A stretch of DNA of 20,675 nt from Alphaproteobacteria bacterium (GCA_965261975.1 CBDHEC010000014.1:1-20675), one strand, 5' to 3'. Numbered from the stretch's first letter, positions 8,489 through 16,721 are shown. The notes: generated from the sequence alone by a model not told the origin. Numbers and translations are program-made.

Positions 8489-9136
8489 GTGAAATCCACC
8501 AGAGAAAGCCGATCCTGCCTGTTGCGGTCGTCTCTTTTCCTGGCTGGCCTGATGGTCCTCGTCGCCGTCGGCAGCCAGATCGCGATGTGGATCGGTCTGA
8601 ACGACGACCTGCTTCCGATGCAACTGGCTCTGCCGCTTATCCTGCTGATCTTCGTTCTCGCCGCCGCGGTCCCGTTCGTGCCCGGCGCCGAGATCGGTCT
8701 GGCCCTGTTGCTCTTGTTCGGCGCCGATGTGGCATTCGAGGTATACCTGTCGATGGTCGCCGCGCTTTCCCTGGCCTATTGCCTGGGCCGGTTCGTTCCA
8801 CCGGCGCTGTTAATCCGGCAAAGGACCTATTTCCGTTGGAATTTCCGGCGCTCCGGCGATCGGCGGCCTGCTTCCGGATCCATTGGTTGGCTCGCGTTTG
8901 GCGGATTGCGGATGATCGGCAGGCATCGGCTTGCCGCCCTCGGGATCGCGTTGAACATGCCCGGCAACGCGCTGCTCGGCGGTGGCGGCGGCCTTGCCAT
9001 GATGGCCGGAGCCAGCAGGCTCTATTCGCCGGCCGAGTTCGTATTGACGGTCGCAATCGCCGTCTCGCCGGTCCCGCTCGGTTTCGCGGCAATGGGCTGG
9101 TTCGGTCTCAGCCTGCCGGAATTCTGGCCCGGCTGA
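8489..9136 (+). CDS. Membrane protein, remotely DedA/VTT-like
   Basis: Several TM segments; AVPFVPGAEIG and ALNMPGNALLGGGGG helix-breaking motifs; GGAG SD before the GTG start. Confidence 0.7.
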   Translation: MKSTRESRSCLLRSSLFLAGLMVLVAVGSQIAMWIGLNDDLLPMQLALPLILLIFVLAAAVPFVPGAEIGLALLLLFGADVAFEVYLSMVAALSLAYCLGRFVPPALLIRQRTYFRWNFRRSGDRRPASGSIGWLAFGGLRMIGRHRLAALGIALNMPGNALLGGGGGLAMMAGASRLYSPAEFVLTVAIAVSPVPLGFAAMGWFGLSLPEFWPG

Positions 9137-9529
9137 CCGCTTTCGCCGCAGCGCGCAGGGCACGAGTTCCTTTGACCACACGTGTCCCGGACCGCCCGGT
9201 GACGCCAAGGCCTGCAATCTGGATCTACCGGACGATCCCGTCGGGTCGGACCAGAACCAGCCCTGGCCACCCTCGAAGCCTTCAGAACGGGCAATCCTTT
9301 CGCTGCATCGCCCGAGTGAGGACGATGAACGAACTCCAGGCATGAAGAACTCGACGAGGTACCAGCTTGCAACGCAATAGGCCGGATTGCTCGTCCGATC
9401 GAGGTGGATCAATCGTCCTATAGATTCGATGGGGAGAAGCCAGAAGGAGTTTCTACCAGCAGCGGCAAGATCAATATTTTTGTCGAGCAAATTCTTGGCA
9501 AGGCCTTTAATTTGTTTAATGGTCGTCAT
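8810..9529 (-). CDS. Putative immunity protein; authentic part probably only 9529 to ~9241, remainder likely read-through after a junction
   Basis: ATG 9529 overlaps the TGA of the upstream gene (ATGA). The first ~96 aa (MTTIKQ...GWFWSDPT) are globular, aromatic-rich and relatively AT-rich. After that the frame runs antisense into the 8489-9136 gene with an R/P/G/A-rich shadow-ORF composition. Confidence 0.6.
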   Translation of the reverse strand: MTTIKQIKGLAKNLLDKNIDLAAAGRNSFWLLPIESIGRLIHLDRTSNPAYCVASWYLVEFFMPGVRSSSSLGRCSERIARSEGFEGGQGWFWSDPTGSSGRSRLQALASPGGPGHVWSKELVPCALRRKRSAGPEFRQAETEPAHCRETERDRRDGDCDRQYELGRRIEPAGSGHHGKAAATAEQRVAGHVQRDPEGGKPMPADHPQSAKREPTNGSGSRPPIAGAPEIPTEIGPLPD

Positions 9530-10617
9530 TTTATCGGCCTCACTTGAATGATAATTATACCATTTGATTGCGGCCAAAATTTCTTGGCGGATCTGGCTAG
9601 AAACAACGCTCTTTTTGAGCTTAGCCCCGCCGATCCAGTTTTATAATCATAGACGCAGACTGTTTGATTTGGTGAGAGTTCGAAAAGATCGAGGCGTGCT
9701 GAACCCTTTTCTCCATAAACTGCTTCATCGCCGGTACTGCTTATCGAAAATTCGACGCGCACATCGGGATAAGCCCTTGCAATGAATGTGTGTGCGATAT
9801 CGACATGGATCATGGTGCCGAGTTGCTGTCTCGCCAGAAGGGGATTCAAGGCTGTCAGCCGTTTCGTCGCCTCGTCCGTTACGGCTTGCACTTCGGCGTT
9901 GCGTGGACAAGCTCGGTCGAGTGTCGTCTGATCGACCGGACCAACCCAAATGAGGGTAAGTTTTTTGTCCGGATCTGGGTCGAAGTCGTAGCGCAGTGCC
10001 GTTCTGCCCGGTGCCTTGCCGAATCCCGGCCTCCGAGCTTCCAGATAGGTGAAGAGAAGCGCCGCCGCTTCAAGAGTGACCTTGACGGCCGGAGCGACGA
10101 CGAAAGCCGGCAGAAAGACCTGTTGTATTGTGGGCTGGGATTGCGATTCGGATAACGCGAACGCGCCACGCGAGAGAACCTCTCCCGATGCCCCGTCGCG
10201 GATGGTCTGAACGTCGCCCGAATTCTCGAAAATCCTGCTTTCGCCATCCGGTGTGACGACGGCGTGCTGGTCGTCCCACTCTCCGCGTCCCGAGCGAATA
10301 CGCAGCGATAGAATCCGAGCCCCGTTATTGGTGACGGTTTCCTCTCGCGTGGACCTGCCTGACGTGCTTCCGTTATCGATGGAGGATCGGAGTGTCTGAC
10401 CGGTTGATGGACGATCGGTCAGGCGACTGCCTCCGACGCCTCCGTCGGAGACCCACCGCCCACCATCGCTTTGGCCGGCGGGCGCACGGGGCTGGGCTGG
10501 ATCGTACTTCCGGTCCAGGCTCTGTTGGAGTCGGATCAGTTTTGTCTCCGTCGCCAGTATGGCGAGTTGGCGACGGAGGGTTTCGGCTTCATGCCCGCGT
10601 TTGGAAGTGCCCCACAT
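9526..10617 (-). CDS. Putative polymorphic toxin: N-terminal QPRxPAG/GGRW motif, C-terminal PD-(D/E)xK nuclease-like domain
   Basis: 363 aa from ATG 10617 (GGTGA SD). KYDPAQPRAPAGQSDGGRW at 10453-10509; GTMIH (9805-9819) ... RLDLFE (Asp 9688-9690) ... VYDYKTG (DYK 9640-9648). The CDS is well supported; the toxin role is inferred. Confidence 0.72.
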   Translation of the reverse strand: MWGTSKRGHEAETLRRQLAILATETKLIRLQQSLDRKYDPAQPRAPAGQSDGGRWVSDGGVGGSRLTDRPSTGQTLRSSIDNGSTSGRSTREETVTNNGARILSLRIRSGRGEWDDQHAVVTPDGESRIFENSGDVQTIRDGASGEVLSRGAFALSESQSQPTIQQVFLPAFVVAPAVKVTLEAAALLFTYLEARRPGFGKAPGRTALRYDFDPDPDKKLTLIWVGPVDQTTLDRACPRNAEVQAVTDEATKRLTALNPLLARQQLGTMIHVDIAHTFIARAYPDVRVEFSISSTGDEAVYGEKGSARLDLFELSPNQTVCVYDYKTGSAGLSSKRALFLARSAKKFWPQSNGIIIIQVRPIK

Positions 10618-10630
10618 CGCGATCACCAAT

Positions 10631-10645
10631 GTTCGTGTTTTGTTC
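10631..10645 (-). promoter_or_regulatory. Alphaproteobacterial LexA (SOS) box GAAC-N7-GAAC
   Basis: Plus strand GTTC-GTGTTTT-GTTC = minus strand GAAC-AAAACAC-GAAC. Exact consensus with A-rich spacer, 13 nt upstream of ATG 10617. Confidence 0.85.
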
Positions 10646-10656
10646 TAATCCTGGCC

Positions 10657-10685
10657 ATCCTAAAATAGGAACATTTTCAATTGAA
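10657..10685 (-). promoter_or_regulatory. Candidate sigma70 promoter for the toxin gene
   Basis: Minus strand TTCAAT-N17-TAGGAT. This would place the LexA box just downstream of the transcription start. Confidence 0.4.
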
Positions 10686-10722
10686 ATGCATCTCCTCCTA
10701 CTTCGTTAGGGGGATTGGCCAT

Positions 10723-10755
10723 AAAAAAACGCCGCCCCATGAACGGGACGGCGTC
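10723..10755 (-). terminator. Rho-independent terminator of asd
   Basis: Minus strand ACGCCGTCCC-GTTCAT-GGGGCGGCGT followed by a T run; insulates the downstream toxin gene. Confidence 0.85.
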
Positions 10756-10807
10756 AATGACAATGGCCGGTCGATGGGTTTCGACCCAAGGACTGGAAGT
10801 GGAGTGA

Positions 10808-11839
10808 TCAGGCCGCTGCCCGCTCCTTCAGGAGCTTCCGGTTGATCAGCATCTCGGCGATCTGCACCGTGTTCAGGGCCGCGCCCTTGCGCAGGTTGTC
10901 GGCGACGCACCAGAACGAGAGGCCGTTATCGACCGTCGAATCCGCGCGGATGCGCGAGACATAGGTCGCATCCTCACCGGCCGCCTCGTGCGGGGTCATG
11001 TAGCCGCCGGGCTCACGCTTATCGACGACCAGGATGCCCGGTGCCGAACGCAGGAGGGCAGTCGCCTCCTCGGGCGAGATCGGATGCTCGAATTCGACGT
11101 TCACCGCCTCGGCATGGCCGATGAACACCGGCACTCGCACGCAGGTCGCCGTCAGCTTGATCTTGGGATCGAGCATCTTCTTGGTCTCGGCGACCATCTT
11201 CCACTCTTCCTTGGTGGATCCGTCGTCGAGGAACACGTCGATTTGCGGGATGACGTTGAAGGCGATGCGCTTGGGGAACTTCTCCATGGTCATCTGGCCA
11301 GCGGTGAAGACCGAACGGGTCTGTTGGAACAGCTCGTCCATGGCTTCCTTGCCGGCGCCGGAGACCGACTGATAGGTCGCCACCACCACGCGGGTGATCT
11401 TGGCCACGTCGTGCAGGGGCTTCAAGGCGACGACGAGCTGCGCCGTGGAGCAGTTCGGGTTGGCGATGATGTTCATCTTCGAGAAGCCGGTGATGGCTTC
11501 CGGATTCACTTCCGGCACGATCAGCGGCACGTCGGGATGGTAGCGAAAGGCCGACGAATTATCGATGACGACGCAGCCGGTCTGGCCGATGCGCGGCGAC
11601 CATTCCTTCGACGTCTCGCCGCCGGCGGACATCAGGCAAATATCGGTGTCGGAGAAATCGTAGGTGTCGAGCGCCTTCACCTTCAGGATCTTGTCACCGA
11701 AGGAGACTTCCTGCCCGGCGCTGCGGCGCGAGGCGATAGCCACGACCTCATCGGCGGGGAACGCCCGCTCCGACAGGATGTCGAGCATCTCACGGCCAAC
11801 ATTGCCCGTGGCACCGACGACGGCGACCTTGTAACCCAT
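10808..11839 (-). CDS. asd: Aspartate-semialdehyde dehydrogenase
   Basis: VAVVGATGNVG, IDNSSAFR, IIANPNCST (catalytic Cys), TYQSVSGAG, TCVRVPVFIGH, DNLRKGAALN. Confidence 0.98.
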   Translation of the reverse strand: MGYKVAVVGATGNVGREMLDILSERAFPADEVVAIASRRSAGQEVSFGDKILKVKALDTYDFSDTDICLMSAGGETSKEWSPRIGQTGCVVIDNSSAFRYHPDVPLIVPEVNPEAITGFSKMNIIANPNCSTAQLVVALKPLHDVAKITRVVVATYQSVSGAGKEAMDELFQQTRSVFTAGQMTMEKFPKRIAFNVIPQIDVFLDDGSTKEEWKMVAETKKMLDPKIKLTATCVRVPVFIGHAEAVNVEFEHPISPEEATALLRSAPGILVVDKREPGGYMTPHEAAGEDATYVSRIRADSTVDNGLSFWCVADNLRKGAALNTVQIAEMLINRKLLKERAAA

Positions 11840-12311
11840 CTCTCCAACTCCGCTTCGTGATGCCCTGGTTCCCCGCCAGGGCCGGGCTCATCGCCTCGGC
11901 ACCGCCGGCAGGGTCGTTGGCAAGTCTCCGTGTACCGGTCCCATGAGAATCCGCAGGGTTTCCCGGTCACGACCTGATTGACCGGCCGGCTGCGAAAACG
12001 CGTCGTCCCGCGGGCTTGCCGGCACGCCCCGTCCCGTTCGACCCTTCGATAGGACCACTTTGACTTCAAGCGGCGGAGCAAGACGCCTCGTCTCCGCGAC
12101 TGTCAAGAGTTGCGCTGCACGCGAGACTTTCGTCGCGGCACAAACAGGACCTGCCGATAGACGCAAGGTGTATCGGGCAACGATTGATTCACCGCAAAAT
12201 CGAAAACCCTCGTCCGGTCACCCGGTGTGAAACCCGGCCTACGGAGCCTCGAGAGCATGGTCGCTCGCACGCGGCGAAAGCCTCCAGAAGAGTCACCGGT
12301 TTCAGGGTTTC

Positions 12312-13205
12312 ATGCATCGCATCGCCGTACAGGACGAAACCATCCATCGGCTCCCCAAGCGCAAGGCTCGCTCGTCATTGCGGCTTGCCGTGCCTTGCGT
12401 CGCGGCACTCGCTTGTGTCGGCGCAGCCGGGCAGTTCGTCGGTGGTGAGCCGAAACACGGCGAGACGAAGTCGGGGGCGATTGCCTCGACCGACACGAAT
12501 GCCCAGCCGTTCGTCCCCACCGCCGCCATGAATGTTCGCCAGGCTCTGCCCATTGCCGAAACGGCCCCGCGTTATCGGCTCGACGATCCTGACGCCCTCG
12601 ATCAGGCGAAGATCGAGCCAGCACGGATCAACCCGGCCACGGGCCAGAGGGAGGACCGTCTCTCACAGGGTAAATTCGACGCGGCGGATGCACCCTATCT
12701 CAGCCTCACCGTCACAGAGGGCTCCACACCTCCCGTGAGCCTGTTCGTCACCATCGCCCGACGGGCCGCGGACGGGCAGGGACTCGCCGTCGTACGATCC
12801 GGCGAACGAGGGTTGATCGCTACCAAGTTCGGTCCGCTCGAGACCTTGGAAGCCACGTTGAGCGGTCCGGGGACGCGGATCTGTACCGGTTTCTCCAATG
12901 CGGGGCAGAGCGGGCTGATTCCACTGACCCCGCGCATCGATGGCTGGCTCTGTGCTCCGTTGAGCCAGCCGCCGGAGCCGCGGGCCATCGTCTGCGCCCT
13001 GGACAAGCTCGTTCTGAATGGCCAAGCTTCCGCAGGCCTCGAAGCGGCGTATCGCGTGTTCGAGGAACGGCGGGTGGAGGGCTGCACGCCGCGTGTCGCG
13101 GCCGTCCCCAACCGAGAGGCCGCCGGAGAAACCGGATCGATCTCGAAACGCCGCATCCGACATAATGAGGCGAAACTGCGGCGAGGCGACCAAGCGCGGC
13201 CTTAG
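12312..13205 (+). CDS. Hypothetical protein with N-terminal hydrophobic anchor/signal and Cys-containing exported domain
   Basis: 297-aa ORF with host-like codon usage; basic stretch then LAVPCVAALACVGAAG; ATKFGPLE, ICTGF, GWLC, IVCALDKL; four Cys in the C-terminal half. Confidence 0.75.
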   Translation: MHRIAVQDETIHRLPKRKARSSLRLAVPCVAALACVGAAGQFVGGEPKHGETKSGAIASTDTNAQPFVPTAAMNVRQALPIAETAPRYRLDDPDALDQAKIEPARINPATGQREDRLSQGKFDAADAPYLSLTVTEGSTPPVSLFVTIARRAADGQGLAVVRSGERGLIATKFGPLETLEATLSGPGTRICTGFSNAGQSGLIPLTPRIDGWLCAPLSQPPEPRAIVCALDKLVLNGQASAGLEAAYRVFEERRVEGCTPRVAAVPNREAAGETGSISKRRIRHNEAKLRRGDQARP

Positions 13206-13209
13206 GCCG

Positions 13210-13234
13210 GGAACAACAGCGCCGCTGGCACGTC
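13210..13234 (+). promoter_or_regulatory. Candidate ECF sigma (EcfG/SigT-like) promoter
   Basis: GGAAC-N16-CGTC; the general-stress consensus is GGAAC-N16/17-CGTT (one mismatch). Confidence 0.4.
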
Positions 13235-13306
13235 TACTCACCATGAATGGCCGAGTTTCTTAAGGAAATCGGGCCTAATCTCACACAGGTTCAACGAAGG
13301 TCCGTC

Positions 13307-13711
13307 ATGCGCACTGCCACGATTGCCCTGATGGGCGCACTCACCCTCACCGCTGTCGGCGCGAACACCGCTGTCGAGGCGCAGGGTCGTTACGCCCCCG
13401 GTATCCGCGTCAGCCAGCCGCTGCCGATCCGCATCCGTCCGCGCAGCTGGCTCGATGCCGGCAACGTCGTCGAGGCGAATAACGGTTCGATCAGCAACCC
13501 GGCGACCAACCCGCACTTCATCACGGCCAGCTACCTGAATTCGCCGCCCTACGGCCGAAACGATCGCTTCGGCGGTGCGATCTTGCCCGATCCGATCACC
13601 AACGGCCCGTTCGTGGGCGCCCGTTCCAGCGCGATCCACAACATCGACTTCTCCGGTGTCGATGCGATCGACCCCACCTCCTACGTCTCTCGCAACGGCA
13701 ACCCCTACTAA
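13307..13711 (+). CDS. Small secreted hypothetical protein (Pro/Asn/Gly-rich)
   Basis: Sec-type signal MRTATIALMGALTLTAVGANTAVEA|Q; AAGG SD; strong C/G third-position bias; followed by a terminator. Confidence 0.8.
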   Translation: MRTATIALMGALTLTAVGANTAVEAQGRYAPGIRVSQPLPIRIRPRSWLDAGNVVEANNGSISNPATNPHFITASYLNSPPYGRNDRFGGAILPDPITNGPFVGARSSAIHNIDFSGVDAIDPTSYVSRNGNPY

Positions 13712-13735
13712 GGGTAGTCGTCGGACGATGGACGG

Positions 13736-13771
13736 AAAAAGGCGCCGACCCAACCGGGTCGGCGCCTTTTT
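13736..13771. terminator. Bidirectional rho-independent terminator
   Basis: AAAAA-GGCGCCGACCC-AACC-GGGTCGGCGCC-TTTTT between convergent genes. Confidence 0.92.
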
Positions 13772-13800
13772 CATGTCCGGACGAGACCGCGGTTCTCGCT

Positions 13801-14910
13801 TCAGCGCACCCGCGACTTGAGAGCCGCCACGACGGCCTCGCCCATCCCGGCGGTCCCCAGCGGCGTCACGCCCGCTCCAGCAATATCCTTCGTGCGGGCA
13901 CCCGCCGCGAGTGCATCGGTGATGGCGCCGTCGAGTAGGTCCGCCGCCTCGCCGAGGCCGAACGAGTAGCGCAATGCCATGGCGAGCGAGCCGATCATGG
14001 CGATGGGGTTGGCGAGATCCTGGCCCGCGATATCGGGCGCCGAGCCATGGACCGGCTCGTACAGCGCCTTGCGGCTTCCCTTCGAATCCACTGCTCCGAG
14101 CGAAGCGGAGGGCAGCATGCCGAGGGAGCCCGTGAGCATCGCCGCTACATCCGACAGCACGTCGCCGAAGAGGTTGTCGGTTACGAGGACGTCGAACTGC
14201 TTCGGGCGGCGCACCAGCTGCATGGCGCAATTGTCGGCGAGCACATGCTCGAGCTCGACATCGCTGTAATGCTCGGAATGGACCTTGGTGACGACCTCCT
14301 TCCACAGGACACCGGATTTCATCACGTTGTGCTTCTCGGCCGAGGCCACGCGGCCCGAGCGCTTGCGCGCCAGATCGAAGGCCACATGGGCGATCCGCTC
14401 GATCTCGCCCGTGGTGTAGACCTGGGTATCCACGGCGCGCTTGGTGCCGTCGGGGAGGGTGGTGATTTCCTTCGGCTCACCGAAATAGACGCCGCCGGTG
14501 AGTTCGCGCACGATCATGATGTCGAGACCCTCGACGAGCTCGCGCTTCAGCGCGGACGCATCCGCCAGCGCCGGGTAGCAGATCGCCGGCCGCAGATTCG
14601 CGAACAGGCCGAGATCCTTGCGGAGCCGCAGAAGCCCGGCCTCGGGGCGGATGTCGTAGGCGACGCCGGACCATTTCGGGCCGCCCACCGCGCCGAGCAG
14701 GATCGCATCCGCCGCGTCCGCCCGCGCGAGGGCCTCGTCGGTGAGGGGCACGCCGTGAGCGTCGATGGATGAGCCGCCGACGAGGTCGGTCTCGGTCTCG
14801 AACGTGGCGAGACCGGTCTCGGCGAGCGCACCGATCACGGTCTTCACCTGGGCCATCACCTCCGGGCCGATGCCGTCACCGGGGAGGAGGAGGAGCTTGT
14901 AGGCGGTCAT
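13801..14910 (-). CDS. leuB: 3-isopropylmalate dehydrogenase
   Basis: [68 protein letters not shown] 14910 preferred as start. Confidence 0.98.
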   Translation of the reverse strand: MTAYKLLLLPGDGIGPEVMAQVKTVIGALAETGLATFETETDLVGGSSIDAHGVPLTDEALARADAADAILLGAVGGPKWSGVAYDIRPEAGLLRLRKDLGLFANLRPAICYPALADASALKRELVEGLDIMIVRELTGGVYFGEPKEITTLPDGTKRAVDTQVYTTGEIERIAHVAFDLARKRSGRVASAEKHNVMKSGVLWKEVVTKVHSEHYSDVELEHVLADNCAMQLVRRPKQFDVLVTDNLFGDVLSDVAAMLTGSLGMLPSASLGAVDSKGSRKALYEPVHGSAPDIAGQDLANPIAMIGSLAMALRYSFGLGEAADLLDGAITDALAAGARTKDIAGAGVTPLGTAGMGEAVVAALKSRVR

Positions 14911-14947
14911 GGGAGCACTCGCGGGCAGGGGGTGATGCGTCGCGCGG

Positions 14948-14976
14948 CTGTAGCGACGGGCTCGGGCGCTTGGCAA
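14948..14976 (-). promoter_or_regulatory. Candidate sigma70 promoter of leuB
   Basis: Minus strand TTGCCA-N17-CTACAG, typical of alphaproteobacterial housekeeping promoters. Confidence 0.4.
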
Positions 14977-15007
14977 GTCTCCCGCTCGATCCCGCTCGTC
15001 CCGTCGA

Positions 15008-16492
15008 TCAGTGACCCGGCCCCGCGAGGGCCGCACCGGGCTTCTGATGAGTGCCGACCCGGTCGACGAGGGTGGTCGTCGCCGTATTCATTCCGACGAT
15101 CTCGACAGGTATGCCGTGGTGCCGGAATTTCAGCACCACCCTGTCGAGGGCACTGATGCTGGTGATGTCCCAGAAATGCGAGGCGGAGAGATCGATCACC
15201 ACCCCGGTCAGGTCGTCCTCGCGGAAATCGAAGGCGGAATGGAACGCCTCCGCGGTGGCGAAGAAGATCTGGCCCGTCACCCGGTAGGTGCGGATGCGGC
15301 TGGCCTCGTCGCGTACCGACGACATACCGAAGAACCGCGTCACCTTGTGGGCGAAGAACAACCCCGAGAGAACGACCCCGAACAGCACGCCCTTGGCGAG
15401 GTCATGCGTCGTCACGACGACGGCCACCGTTCCGAGCATCACTGCGCTCGAACTCTTCGGGTGGGTCAGCAGGGTCCGCACGGAGTTCCACTGGAAGGTG
15501 TTGATCGAGACCATGATCATTACCGCGACGAGGGCCGCCATCGGGATTCGCGCCACATAGGGGCCGAGAACCACGATGAGGAACAGCAGGAACGCGCCCG
15601 CCCACAGCGTCGAGAGACGGCCCCGCCCGCCGGACGAGACGTTGATGACCGATTGCCCGATCATGGCGCAGCCGGCCATGCCGCCGAAGAGGCCGGAGGT
15701 GACGTTGGCGAGGCCCTGGCCGGCGCATTCGCGGTTCTTGTTGGAGGTCGTGTCGGTCATCTCATCGAGGATGGCCGCCGTCATCATGCTCTCGAGCAGG
15801 CCGACCATCGCCAGGGTGAGGGCATAGGGCAGGATGATCTGCAGCGTCTCCAGAGTGAACGGCACCTGGGGGAGGGCGAAGACCGGTAATTCGCTCGGCA
15901 GGGCACCCATGTCCCCCACGGTCCTGATGTCGAACCCGAACCAGACCGAGATTCCGGTGAGAACGAGGATCGTGATCAACGGTGAGGGGACGGCCTTCGT
16001 CAGGTAGGGGAGGCCGTAGATCATCGCGAGGCCGATGGCGGTCATGGCGTAGACGACCGGCCCGCGGCCGATCAACTCCGGCATCTGCGCGAGGAAGATG
16101 AGGATCGCCAGGGCGTTGACGAAGCCTGTGACCACCGAGCGCGAGACGAAGCGCATGAGGTTGCCGAGGCGTACGGCACTGGCGACGATCTGGAGCAACC
16201 CGATGAGAATGGTGGCCGCGAACAGGTAGCCGAGCCCATGCTCCTTCACGAGCGTGACCATGACGAGGGACATGGCGCCGGTGGCAGCCGAAATCATGGC
16301 AGGACGGCCACCGGCGAAAGCGGAAATGACGGCGATACAGAACGAAGCGTAGAGCCCGACTTTCGGGTCGACGCCCGCGATGATCGAGAAGGCGATGGCC
16401 TCCGGGATCAGCGCCAGGGCGACCACCGTGCCGGCCAGGATTTCACGCGTGACGTCGGGAGCCCACTCGCTCCGGAAGGACTGACGGTTCAT
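15008..16492 (-). CDS. SulP/SLC26 family anion permease with C-terminal STAS domain
   Basis: [45 protein letters not shown]; STAS-like [10 protein letters not shown]...[10 protein letters not shown]. Confidence 0.95.
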   Translation of the reverse strand: MNRQSFRSEWAPDVTREILAGTVVALALIPEAIAFSIIAGVDPKVGLYASFCIAVISAFAGGRPAMISAATGAMSLVMVTLVKEHGLGYLFAATILIGLLQIVASAVRLGNLMRFVSRSVVTGFVNALAILIFLAQMPELIGRGPVVYAMTAIGLAMIYGLPYLTKAVPSPLITILVLTGISVWFGFDIRTVGDMGALPSELPVFALPQVPFTLETLQIILPYALTLAMVGLLESMMTAAILDEMTDTTSNKNRECAGQGLANVTSGLFGGMAGCAMIGQSVINVSSGGRGRLSTLWAGAFLLFLIVVLGPYVARIPMAALVAVMIMVSINTFQWNSVRTLLTHPKSSSAVMLGTVAVVVTTHDLAKGVLFGVVLSGLFFAHKVTRFFGMSSVRDEASRIRTYRVTGQIFFATAEAFHSAFDFREDDLTGVVIDLSASHFWDITSISALDRVVLKFRHHGIPVEIVGMNTATTTLVDRVGTHQKPGAALAGPGH

Positions 16493-16608
16493 GGGGAATG
16501 GCTTTCATCGTCCCCGCGCGCGAAGCGTCAGCAGGGACAGGCATCTTGATGACCGGGCGCTCAAGCGCTCTCCGGTCACGGACGGAACACGATTCGGTAG
16601 GCTTAAGC

Positions 16609-16656
16609 CTACGGCGGCGTCAGGCCGAGAAAATCGATGAACCGCTTGAGATGCAT
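16609..16656 (-). other. Candidate leader-peptide uORF MHLKRFIDFLGLTPP* upstream of sulP
   Basis: 16 codons ATG...TAG. The ATG sits where a TTGCAT-N16-TATCAG promoter would start transcription, and the stop lies within a 16-bp palindrome. Confidence 0.4.
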
Positions 16657-16721
16657 GAAGGCCTGATATCACGGACCTGCCGCAATGCAACATCGCGGCA
16701 GAGTTCAGTGGGGCGATCGCA

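Noticed and set aside
8810-9240. Genuine overlapping antisense gene pair
   Set aside because: The minus-frame tail has shadow-ORF composition; read-through after truncation is the simpler explanation.
9137-9245. IS/transposon terminal inverted repeat or att site
   Set aside because: No partner repeat, target duplication, transposase, integrase or tRNA in the window; cannot be supported beyond noting the junction.
9526-10617. Restriction-modification enzyme or Cas4/AddB-type repair nuclease
   Set aside because: No methyltransferase, cas genes, helicase partner or four-Cys Fe-S motif. The modular layout and coupled downstream gene fit toxin-immunity better, though an SOS repair role is not formally excluded.
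14911-15036. Extended leuB start at 15036
   Set aside because: Overlaps the sulP 3' end and the predicted promoter; homology begins at [15 protein letters not shown].
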